A stretch of DNA of 55,116 bases, from IMG/VR virus record IMGVR_UViG_3300045825_000547; one strand, given 5' to 3'. The notes under the pieces were generated by a model. That model saw only the letters and a program-made list of their open reading frames with translations. It did not search any database and was not told where the DNA came from. The position numbers were made by a program, and so were the translations under genes. Within the stretch, counting starts at the first letter, position 1; each line of letters starts with the position of its first letter. This DNA is from an uncultured virus (IMG/VR IMGVR_UViG_3300045825_000547). Taxonomy: Duplodnaviria > Heunggongvirae > Uroviricota > Caudoviricetes. Shown one piece after another: positions 34,354 through 42,718 of the stretch.

Positions 34354-34722
34354 TTACCTTCTTCTAGGATTTCTTCCCATTCTCTGTGGCGCATTAGCAT
34401 ATTCCTTGGTTATCTCTTTTTCTAAGCGTTGCGTGCCTGCTAAAGCATTAACCTCAGATCTGTTTATTAAGTGTCTCCTAGCAGCATAAGCTCCACCACC
34501 AAGCAAACCCATTCCAGCTGCGACACCCATCGCTTTAATTCCTTTCCCTCTTCTAAGTTGTGCAGATGCTGCTTGGGCTATGGTTGCTTGCCTAGCATCA
34601 TACAGGTATTTTCCCCCAACACCTAGTGCGCCTGCGCCTGCAACGGCAGCGGCTGCCGCAGGTAGCTGGCTTCCTTCTTCTCTTGCTGATTTTTCTAAAT
34701 ATCTTTCTATTCTTTCGTTCAT
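34354..34722 (-). CDS. Small Gly/Ala-rich protein with 'RIERYLEKSA' leader and two hydrophobic segments
   Basis: MNERIERYLEKSA; AAAAAVAGAGALGVGG and GVAAGMGLLGGGAYA. Confidence 0.7.
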   Translation of the reverse strand: MNERIERYLEKSAREEGSQLPAAAAAVAGAGALGVGGKYLYDARQATIAQAASAQLRRGKGIKAMGVAAGMGLLGGGAYAARRHLINRSEVNALAGTQRLEKEITKEYANAPQRMGRNPRRR

Positions 34723-34772
34723 TATAGTTTCCTACATCTATCAATACTTCTTAATTATCGCCGAGGTTTATG

Positions 34773-36371
34773 TCACACAGCACTGAGCAGACTTCTAGTA
34801 GCCTCGATATGCTCCCTAACGATCTTGTCTATAGCTCCTTTCTGTTTACTAACGGCGGGAGCACTAATCTTCCATTTCTTTGCTATCTCTGCGTTACTGA
34901 GCACTGGTGAGTTGTTATAGCCATAAGATGATTTAAATATCTCTTGTTGCTTAGGGGTCATAGCGTCATAGGCTAAGTGAAGGGCTGTGTTGTCATGTGA
35001 GTACTCTTGCTTCACCACACTTCCTCCAGCTTCCGAATGTGCTCCATAGTAGTTCTCAATGATGGGCTTAAAGTCGCCTATTTTATTTCCCACCTTGAAA
35101 TGGCTTTGCAGCTCTTCTTTTGTTGCCTCGCGTCCTAGTATGTTCTCTAGATCATTCTTCTCAAGCATAAACTTTCTGTATTCAAACGTTTTGTTTTCTT
35201 GCACCCTTACAGCATTCTGGTTCTCTATGGCAAACCTATTCAATCTCTTTAGTGCATTAATCACATGGGTATTTAGTTGACTCTTCTTAGGGTCAAATGT
35301 CTTAATAGCCTCATAGGAATAAGAGCGAGCTTCGTTAACCAATACGTCCTTATGTATGCCTGTCTGTGTCCATTTGTTTGTCTCATTATGGATAAGTGGT
35401 GCAAGATGTGTCATGAGGGGGGAGAGCGTATCGGGTGATGGGTCTTTATGCCATGCGTGCCAGAGTTCCAAATCTTTCTCTGAGTTACTTGCTGCTTTCT
35501 CATGGTGGATGGCAGGGATATGACTCTTCACACTCATGTGTTCCGCATCTATCGGACTGTAATGGCGCCCAAACAAGTCAAGTGCGTGATTAATCTTCCC
35601 TAATGCTCCTGTAGCACCTGGAGCTGAGCTGTGGTTAGCTATGATAGATTTCTTAGCTCTCACTAGGTGGCCTATCTCGGTGAGGGAATTGTGGTAGTCC
35701 TCTTCTTTCCCTGTACTAACGGAAGTAGCGTGGGCATGGAGAGCTTTCCATAGTTGGGTTCTTTGGGTAGGGGTTGGGTAGTGATCACCTACAGCATCAT
35801 GAACTATTTGGTCCATCGGTCTGTTGTCTAAGTAGTCTGGAAACTGGTCGTAGCTCATTATTCCGTCACTAGACGCCACTTTGCTCATACTGACTAAAGG
35901 AACATTGCTTGGTTGCACTGCTTGTTTAATTAAATTCTTTGCTCTCTTTAGGTGGACAGCCAGGCTTGAGCTCATACTAGGGGTTAGGATATAGTGATGT
36001 GCGTTAGGTGTTGCATACTGGAGATGGGAGCTTCTAGCGCAGTTATCCATCTCGTTGATCAGACTAGCATTAAAGCCCAGTTTCTTCTCACAACCTATCA
36101 CCACGCTATACTGCGGTTTCATCTCTCTTATAAGGGAGCTAGCAGCTAAGCCGTGACAGATAAGGATAGGAGCATTTGGGTAATGGTTCCTTGTAGCAGT
36201 TCCCTCATAGAATGAGAGCAACCCAACTAGTCCAGCTTTACTAACTATTGTCATGATGTCTCTATAGAACCTATCAGCAGTGTTTTGCCCGGCGATGAAA
36301 TCTCTAGGCTCCATGACTACTAACACGTCTACTGACGTTCTGTCGCATGATTCCGGATTATCCATGTTCAT
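34773..36371 (-). CDS. Sigma70-family (group 3, FliA/WhiG-like) sigma factor with long N-terminal extension
   Basis: Region 2-like ELWHAWHKD...LMTHLAPLI...EAIKTFDPKKSQLNTHV; region 3-like LENILGREATKEEL; region 4 HTH MTPKQQEIFKSSYG...SNAEIAKKWKISAPAVSKQ. Confidence 0.8.
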   Translation of the reverse strand: MNMDNPESCDRTSVDVLVVMEPRDFIAGQNTADRFYRDIMTIVSKAGLVGLLSFYEGTATRNHYPNAPILICHGLAASSLIREMKPQYSVVIGCEKKLGFNASLINEMDNCARSSHLQYATPNAHHYILTPSMSSSLAVHLKRAKNLIKQAVQPSNVPLVSMSKVASSDGIMSYDQFPDYLDNRPMDQIVHDAVGDHYPTPTQRTQLWKALHAHATSVSTGKEEDYHNSLTEIGHLVRAKKSIIANHSSAPGATGALGKINHALDLFGRHYSPIDAEHMSVKSHIPAIHHEKAASNSEKDLELWHAWHKDPSPDTLSPLMTHLAPLIHNETNKWTQTGIHKDVLVNEARSYSYEAIKTFDPKKSQLNTHVINALKRLNRFAIENQNAVRVQENKTFEYRKFMLEKNDLENILGREATKEELQSHFKVGNKIGDFKPIIENYYGAHSEAGGSVVKQEYSHDNTALHLAYDAMTPKQQEIFKSSYGYNNSPVLSNAEIAKKWKISAPAVSKQKGAIDKIVREHIEATRSLLSAV

Positions 36372-36381
36372 ATTTGTTCTC

Positions 36382-39300
36382 CTAGCCCTGTGAGGCTGTT
36401 CTGCTTCTTACAATATATCTCACTTTCTGGATGTAGTTAGCTATGTACTTATCCCATTCAATCTTACTTCTATCTTCTACTTTCTTAGCTTTCTCTTTAG
36501 CTAAGTCTGCTGGTGGTGTAGCTTCTGCGTTTCCTGTGGTCATGTCTATAGTCTCAGGGAAATCAAAGTTATTCCATGGAGCAAACACTAAGCTAGGTGC
36601 TTGTTGATAGTACGCGCCATAGATCCCTCTCACGGAGCTAGGCACATTGGTGTACTGAATTGCTTGTATCTTTCTGTAGTTAAGCTCAAGTGCCCCTCTG
36701 TAGTCAGGGAGGTCTGCGATGGTAAAACCTAGTATATCAGCACTCTCCTGCTTAGCTTGTTCCCACATGTTGCAGCCCAACACCTTCTGGTATGTTTTGT
36801 CTAATTGCCACACGTTGTTCACATTATCCCACTCATTGTCCCACTCCCCTGTGAAGAAAGGAATACCGCTCTTCCCACTACCTGCCACTCCATCTGTCAT
36901 CGGAATACTTCCCACTGCATCTATAGGACCTAGTGCTATAGGGTTTCCTGCTTTATCCACTTTGCCTGTGTGGTAAACCATCTCATCTAGGGACGATTCA
37001 TCTGCCCTTCTTACATACCCGCAGGTGATTTGGGTGGTTACAGACTCAGGGGTTATTACGTCATCTGCGCTGATTATGAAGCAACGAAGGTGTGTGGGAC
37101 GGAAGCCTCGTTCAAGTGTATCAAGGATCATTCCAGAGTAGCCAGGAGCTATGTATGGGTTGAACTCTGACTGAAGCGTAACGGTGGAGGATTCATAACG
37201 GAGCTTGTAGAAGGTGTAGTCGCAGATAGGCTCTATGTATCGAGCGTTCAAATCTTTATACCTAAGCTTCCTTTTCTCTATCGTTTCGTTAGGTTCAGCT
37301 TTAGTTTTAGCGTCCTGTGATTCTGATGTAGCTTCCGGGTCTTTCCCTCCGGTAGTCAGGGCGTCAGATGCGAGAGTGGTGGAGAGGAAATCCGCTAGGT
37401 CTCGTAACGTGCTTCTGTTTGCTTTCTTTGCAGCATCTATAGCTTTCTTTGCATCCTTTGCTGGCTTATACAACCCGTCGTAATAATCCACAAATAAGGT
37501 GAACAAAGATATTATGTTACTACCGTCCCCACCAAAAGCTTTTTTAAGATTTACTATTATTTTTGCGGGGGTCTCGGGGTCTGTCTTCAACGAATCAGCC
37601 ACAATTTTTAGTATAGCGTCTAGGTCTTTGTCGTTTAGTCTGATAGCCGCCACTAGCATTCCAAGGAGAATGACAAAGTTCATATGTGGTCGTGCAGCAT
37701 CGTTTTCACCTAATGAGAAAAACGAGCTAAGTGCTCCACCCTTTTTGATTGCAGCATCTATTTTTTTCTTAAAACTCTTCATAAGCTTTTCATATCTGCC
37801 AATTAAATCTATGTATGTGAGATTAGCTGATGCTATCAAACTTCTCCCATCGCTTCTAGTAAATAGGTAAGAAAGCATGGCACGGATGTCGTGGTAGGTT
37901 GTTTTAAGAGGAGGAGCAGTATCAACTAGAGTTTTCAATACGGCGTCCATCGCTAGTTGTGTTGGGTTTGAAAATGCACCGTATTGTCCGGGGATGTCAT
38001 CTATAACAGTGTCGGGTGAGCTACTTTTATCACTCTTCTTTAACACCTCTATCGATCTCTTAGCTACCTCGTCTGGTTCAGCGCCAGGCTTAAGCTTCAC
38101 GGAGCGCTCGATAGAGTATTCAGTTTGTTTTGTGTCTGTCTTCTTTGGTGTTAGATCCTTTGCCGCCTTAGTGATCTTTGATTGATCCACCACCTTTTTC
38201 TCTTTAACCGCAAAAGCTGCTGTGAATCTTTTATTAGTCTCTTCAATAAGCTTAGGCTTGAACTCAACCGCCTTCGCCACCACCTTATTCACCATCTCCT
38301 CGTAGGCAGTCTGCACTCTGCCCCCCGCAGGTATTTTATCGCCCAGTTCATCATACACACCTTTTATAGCACCGCCTTGTCCTGTAGCCAGTTTCATCTC
38401 ACACATCTCTGTGATAATTGCTACAAGCTTTGCAGCTAACTCAATGGATTCAGTTTGTGAGTCCATGTAGATGGCTATAGCTGTGTGGGAGTATCCACTA
38501 ATACATCCCTGTTCAAGGGTATATGTAGCGGATAAATCTGCATCCGCTTTTGCAACATTATTAAATAAGGCCTTAGTCCCCACTTCCGGGAATTCCTTTC
38601 CAATAAAAGGTAGTATCATGGCCGATTTTACTGGAGGCCCTGCTGCATACACTGTCTTATCGATATTGAATCTCACAGCTAGTGGAAGAACGTGATAGGC
38701 TTCTTCAAAAATATGGAAATGTCTCCCCCTCTTCACCGTGAGAGTCGCCTCCCCATTCTGTGTAGAGATAACATAGTTAGCGTTACGCTCCGCAAACTTA
38801 AAGGAATCTTTAATAATATATATTCTTAATGGTCGCATCTTTGGTACATTAGGGTTAATAGACACAGCACTTCCAGTCTTATACTCCCCCTCTCCTGGCT
38901 TGGTAGCGTCCCAATTAGTATATGTTTCAATATTCATCAAGTACTCGTGCATACATTTCTTTGCAAACACTTTCTCATAAGCTGTCTTATCTACTATGAA
39001 GTCTTCTGTGATCCCTATACTAGTAGAGGTGGGAGTGGTTCCGCCAGTGTTAGAGGCTACACCAATCGCATATGTATTGCCGGTAGTTCCGGTATTGGTA
39101 CTAGGGTCATTGTTATAGATAAGGGAAATAGCTGCAGACAAGAAAGCAGGTACTTCATTATAGCTCTCAACTATTCCTCTAATCTTCTCTTCGTCTGTGG
39201 TGAGGTCTGCAGGTTTTGTTTTATCCAATTGATATGCTTTAAACTTCTCTCTAAGCACGGGAGGAGAAACAGTTCTCATAAATTCACGGAGAATCTTACT

Positions 39301-40299
39301 GTTTAGGCCTGTACTGGGTTGAGTTATTTGGGTCAAGCGGGTAGGCTTTTGATCCCAAGGCTCGAAGTATGGGAGAGAAGTTAGCATGATCGGGAATATG
39401 ATATTGCACTCAGGGGGAGGCTGAAACACATTATCTGGCTTAAGAACCAAGCTATTATGGTAATCAGGTGGGTCGGCTGCAATGGTTACATCATGGAGGA
39501 ACAATTGACTCATTAAGTTAATCATTTGCAAGTAACTAACTCTGCTTCCTCCTACCTTAGGCAAGAGCTCGATGAACGTATATTGCATGATAAGGTAATA
39601 GATTGTATCCCATTTCATATGCACCGCGGTGTCTTTATCTTTACTAAACAGTCTGTCTGCTAACCCGTAAGCCACGGTAGCTTTAATTGGCCAAGCTTCT
39701 TTAGTAACACTCTTCTGTGCTTCCTCTAGGAATACCTGTAAACTACCTTTCACGAAATCATATATATCTAATGCGGTCATAGGCTGCTTACCAGTTTTGG
39801 CAGCTATTTCCTTAGGTGATAGTTTCTCGAATATTGTTCCAGAAAGGACTGGTGCGAGATTCTCATTCTCCGCAGTTCTTCCTGATATCTCCTCTTCCAG
39901 GTAAGAAGCAGGGTCAAGCGCGGTGAGGGTGAGTCCATCTAGGTTACTTAACACATGCCTAACCATAAACTGGTAGTTCTTTTGGTCAGGTGTTCTTACG
40001 AAGCCTGGGTTAGTGAGTTCTCCCTCAAACAGCACTACGATAGCGGGGGTGACCGCGGGTGTAGGGTCTCTCATAAGCAACACCACTTTAGCTCGGGGCT
40101 TTATATCTTTAGGTGAGAATATTCTATTATCTGCTAGTTCTACTTCCACAGCAGGAATCATCACAGTGAGGTTAGGGAGATCTCCCCTACATCCTCTGTG
40201 TCGCTGAATGGTTGTAAACGGACATCTTTGCCCCTCTATATATAGAGCAAAGTTCTCCATAGAGATTGCAGTTACTGTGTTGTGTACATTGTCGCCCAT
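36382..40299 (-). CDS. Baseplate hub (gp27/gpD-like) candidate with large central insertion
   Basis: 1305 aa; N-terminal LYIEG...VLFEGE and C-terminal FNPYIAPG segments typical of large-phage hubs; downstream of tape measure. Confidence 0.5.
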   Translation of the reverse strand: MGDNVHNTVTAISMENFALYIEGQRCPFTTIQRHRGCRGDLPNLTVMIPAVEVELADNRIFSPKDIKPRAKVVLLMRDPTPAVTPAIVVLFEGELTNPGFVRTPDQKNYQFMVRHVLSNLDGLTLTALDPASYLEEEISGRTAENENLAPVLSGTIFEKLSPKEIAAKTGKQPMTALDIYDFVKGSLQVFLEEAQKSVTKEAWPIKATVAYGLADRLFSKDKDTAVHMKWDTIYYLIMQYTFIELLPKVGGSRVSYLQMINLMSQLFLHDVTIAADPPDYHNSLVLKPDNVFQPPPECNIIFPIMLTSLPYFEPWDQKPTRLTQITQPSTGLNSKILREFMRTVSPPVLREKFKAYQLDKTKPADLTTDEEKIRGIVESYNEVPAFLSAAISLIYNNDPSTNTGTTGNTYAIGVASNTGGTTPTSTSIGITEDFIVDKTAYEKVFAKKCMHEYLMNIETYTNWDATKPGEGEYKTGSAVSINPNVPKMRPLRIYIIKDSFKFAERNANYVISTQNGEATLTVKRGRHFHIFEEAYHVLPLAVRFNIDKTVYAAGPPVKSAMILPFIGKEFPEVGTKALFNNVAKADADLSATYTLEQGCISGYSHTAIAIYMDSQTESIELAAKLVAIITEMCEMKLATGQGGAIKGVYDELGDKIPAGGRVQTAYEEMVNKVVAKAVEFKPKLIEETNKRFTAAFAVKEKKVVDQSKITKAAKDLTPKKTDTKQTEYSIERSVKLKPGAEPDEVAKRSIEVLKKSDKSSSPDTVIDDIPGQYGAFSNPTQLAMDAVLKTLVDTAPPLKTTYHDIRAMLSYLFTRSDGRSLIASANLTYIDLIGRYEKLMKSFKKKIDAAIKKGGALSSFFSLGENDAARPHMNFVILLGMLVAAIRLNDKDLDAILKIVADSLKTDPETPAKIIVNLKKAFGGDGSNIISLFTLFVDYYDGLYKPAKDAKKAIDAAKKANRSTLRDLADFLSTTLASDALTTGGKDPEATSESQDAKTKAEPNETIEKRKLRYKDLNARYIEPICDYTFYKLRYESSTVTLQSEFNPYIAPGYSGMILDTLERGFRPTHLRCFIISADDVITPESVTTQITCGYVRRADESSLDEMVYHTGKVDKAGNPIALGPIDAVGSIPMTDGVAGSGKSGIPFFTGEWDNEWDNVNNVWQLDKTYQKVLGCNMWEQAKQESADILGFTIADLPDYRGALELNYRKIQAIQYTNVPSSVRGIYGAYYQQAPSLVFAPWNNFDFPETIDMTTGNAEATPPADLAKEKAKKVEDRSKIEWDKYIANYIQKVRYIVRSRTASQG

Positions 40300-40559
40300 A
40301 TTGCTATCCTTTCCATCATATCAACAGTTGCTGAAATTGCTGTGGCTAGTTGAATCAAATCTGGTCTTTCTTTTCTAACAACTTGCCCAATGTTATCCTT
40401 ATACTGTGCCATAACTAGTAGGCTCTTGTCCATCCCCGCAGGCTCTCTTAATGAGTGCCCCCAAATGTCTTGAGTGACACGGGAATCTATGAACATGCTC
40501 TTAGCAAATTCCTTATGGCGAAGAGGGATAGCTGCATCAATACTTTCTGTTACAAGCAT
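40272..40559 (-). CDS. Small hypothetical tail-region protein
   Basis: AAGGAG SD; overlaps hub start. Confidence 0.65.
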   Translation of the reverse strand: MLVTESIDAAIPLRHKEFAKSMFIDSRVTQDIWGHSLREPAGMDKSLLVMAQYKDNIGQVVRKERPDLIQLATAISATVDMMERIAIWATMYTTQ

Positions 40560-40569
40560 GGTTTTCTCC

Positions 40570-42699
40570 TTATTTCTTCTTTGTTATGTTCTTAATCGGA
40601 GCTACTATTTGTGTGTCACCAATCTGGTGAATCTCTTGCGTTCCTATCTTAGCATTTGAGTCAGGAGCACCCGCGGTCTTTGAACTTTTTTTACTATCTA
40701 CCGAAAGCATAGAAAGCATAGAGTTAAGATACGCAGTAGTTCCATCATTTATAGATAGGTTTATATTAGACCAAGAAGTCCAGTCTTTCACGAAGAACTG
40801 CATAGAGAATGTACTAATCGATTCACTCTCATCTGCATGGGAGAGACTCAAGGCCACAGGATAACAATCCACAGTAAGTCTTATCGCAGGGAGAGCTATT
40901 CTAAGGAACTGACCATGCTCAACCAGTTTGCTTATTCTTAGGTAGTGCTTCCACGCCTCTCTGAATTTAGTAAGCCAGTTGTTAAGACTGTCGTTGATTA
41001 GCTGCCCCTGAATAGTCCAGAACTCTGGTTTCTCACCAAAGCTGAAGAGAGCTTGTCCTGAGGAAATAGTGTCTGTTAACTGGAACTTCTCGCTATGGGT
41101 TTCATCTAATCTCTTAATAAAGAACTGGTTGTATATCGCACCACTGCCGAAAGGGTTCTTAAGGGTAGGTTGTTCTTTACCAGAGTTTATGAATTCTGCA
41201 GGCTTAGCAGTGAGGGGATCATTCATTAATCTAAAATATGAGGAGGTGTGTCCAGAGGTGAAGAAAGGTTTTACCATCTGCACAGCTCTGAAGTCTATAG
41301 GATCTTCTACGAATAGCTGAGTAGGGTTGGTAGTATCTAGTGCGAAATACCTTTTGCTCACAGGGTCATCGAAGGTTAGTTTAAGGCCTAAGTCTAACAC
41401 TTTAGGTGAGTCATCAAACACAGAAGAATCTATTTCAACTTTAGGGGCAGCCCCATCTGTAGTGGAGGTCGTTCCTGTTATCTTGGCAGTACCAACCTCG
41501 CTGGCCTTTAAGTTATTTGACCCATTTTCGTTCTCTAATAGATTAGCAACTTCTTGGTTATTTGTCGCAGGGGTTACAACCGTTTTTCCCTTTAGCTGCA
41601 ATTCTAGTGCCGCTATTTTCTCTTGGGCATCTTTCTTTGTAGCCTCCGATTGTTTATATGCCTTGGTAGTTACATTGCCGTTTGAGAGTTGCATAGCAGT
41701 GTCTGCATCTACAATAATTTGCTTTTGTGTATTTATCTGTGCTTGTATCTGTTCTGGGTCAGTAGTTGTCTTTGCCTTGTCGGGTATCTCACTCTTTACT
41801 TGAGACTCTTTAGTAGATTTTACTAACTGGGAATAGCCGTAAACCTTAGCATCAGGGCTGTCATTATAGTTTTTGACTATATTTGCGACAATCTTACCAA
41901 TATCCTTTTTAGGGGTAGTAGCAGGAATAGGCGCACCTAAGCATATACCTGTTAAGTTATCCACATAACCTTTAGCCATTGTTGCATGATCTGGGGTTTC
42001 CCTATCTGGTGTAAACCCTGCTGCTATGAGGTTGTTATAGAGACTAGCGTATTTTTCTTTAGCTTCTACTCTATCTTTTGCTGAGAAGCTTGTAAGTTCT
42101 GCCCTATTAGCAATAACATAGTAGTAAGCTATGTTTTCAGTTTCATTCCCTAGGGAACTGATAGGCTCTGCAGCTTGTGAAGCGGGGGGAGGAGCATTAG
42201 TTTTTATGGCATCCACCAAAGCTTGGTACGCATGAAAGTCGCTCTGTATAGTATCCACAGCAGTTTGTTGCATACTATCGGATATCACACTAGTTATTGG
42301 TTTATTCCCACATTGTCTGGCTAAATAGAGAGCATCAACAGTGTTGCTGTCTCCAGGCTTTGTGTGCCAGAAAGTAAACACGGTGGATAGTTGGATATAC
42401 CCAAAGAACACATTACGATAGGTTAGATCATCGGAAGTGGGGGCCTGCATAATATACTGGGAAATAAAGGTATGGAGCTGCCCACGTAATTCGGGGCCTG
42501 CTTTGGTTAGCAGCTCATCTTCTTTCTGTTTATACATTGTCCCAAAGGTATGTACAGATACCTTTTCAGGTTCTATGTCAACCTCTTGTGCCCCGTTTTT
42601 TCTTTTGGTTATTGCGTTGTTATAGGCAGTAAGCATGTCTGCAGCGATACTGAGTAGGTCTTCTAGTCCTTTCTCTAATTCATCTTGTGTTATTGTCAT
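40570..42699 (-). CDS. Tail-tube-initiator/distal-tail-like protein
   Basis: C-terminal beta-rich EKFQL...FGEKP..W.IQG.L...FSMQF segment; directly after tape measure. Confidence 0.45.
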   Translation of the reverse strand: MTITQDELEKGLEDLLSIAADMLTAYNNAITKRKNGAQEVDIEPEKVSVHTFGTMYKQKEDELLTKAGPELRGQLHTFISQYIMQAPTSDDLTYRNVFFGYIQLSTVFTFWHTKPGDSNTVDALYLARQCGNKPITSVISDSMQQTAVDTIQSDFHAYQALVDAIKTNAPPPASQAAEPISSLGNETENIAYYYVIANRAELTSFSAKDRVEAKEKYASLYNNLIAAGFTPDRETPDHATMAKGYVDNLTGICLGAPIPATTPKKDIGKIVANIVKNYNDSPDAKVYGYSQLVKSTKESQVKSEIPDKAKTTTDPEQIQAQINTQKQIIVDADTAMQLSNGNVTTKAYKQSEATKKDAQEKIAALELQLKGKTVVTPATNNQEVANLLENENGSNNLKASEVGTAKITGTTSTTDGAAPKVEIDSSVFDDSPKVLDLGLKLTFDDPVSKRYFALDTTNPTQLFVEDPIDFRAVQMVKPFFTSGHTSSYFRLMNDPLTAKPAEFINSGKEQPTLKNPFGSGAIYNQFFIKRLDETHSEKFQLTDTISSGQALFSFGEKPEFWTIQGQLINDSLNNWLTKFREAWKHYLRISKLVEHGQFLRIALPAIRLTVDCYPVALSLSHADESESISTFSMQFFVKDWTSWSNINLSINDGTTAYLNSMLSMLSVDSKKSSKTAGAPDSNAKIGTQEIHQIGDTQIVAPIKNITKKK

Positions 42700-42718
42700 T
42701 TAGTTAATCTCCTACCCG

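Noticed and set aside
34304..34489. 61-aa hydrophobic + strand ORF
   Set aside because: Runs through the terminator and antisense to 34354-34722; hydrophobicity comes from the T-tract
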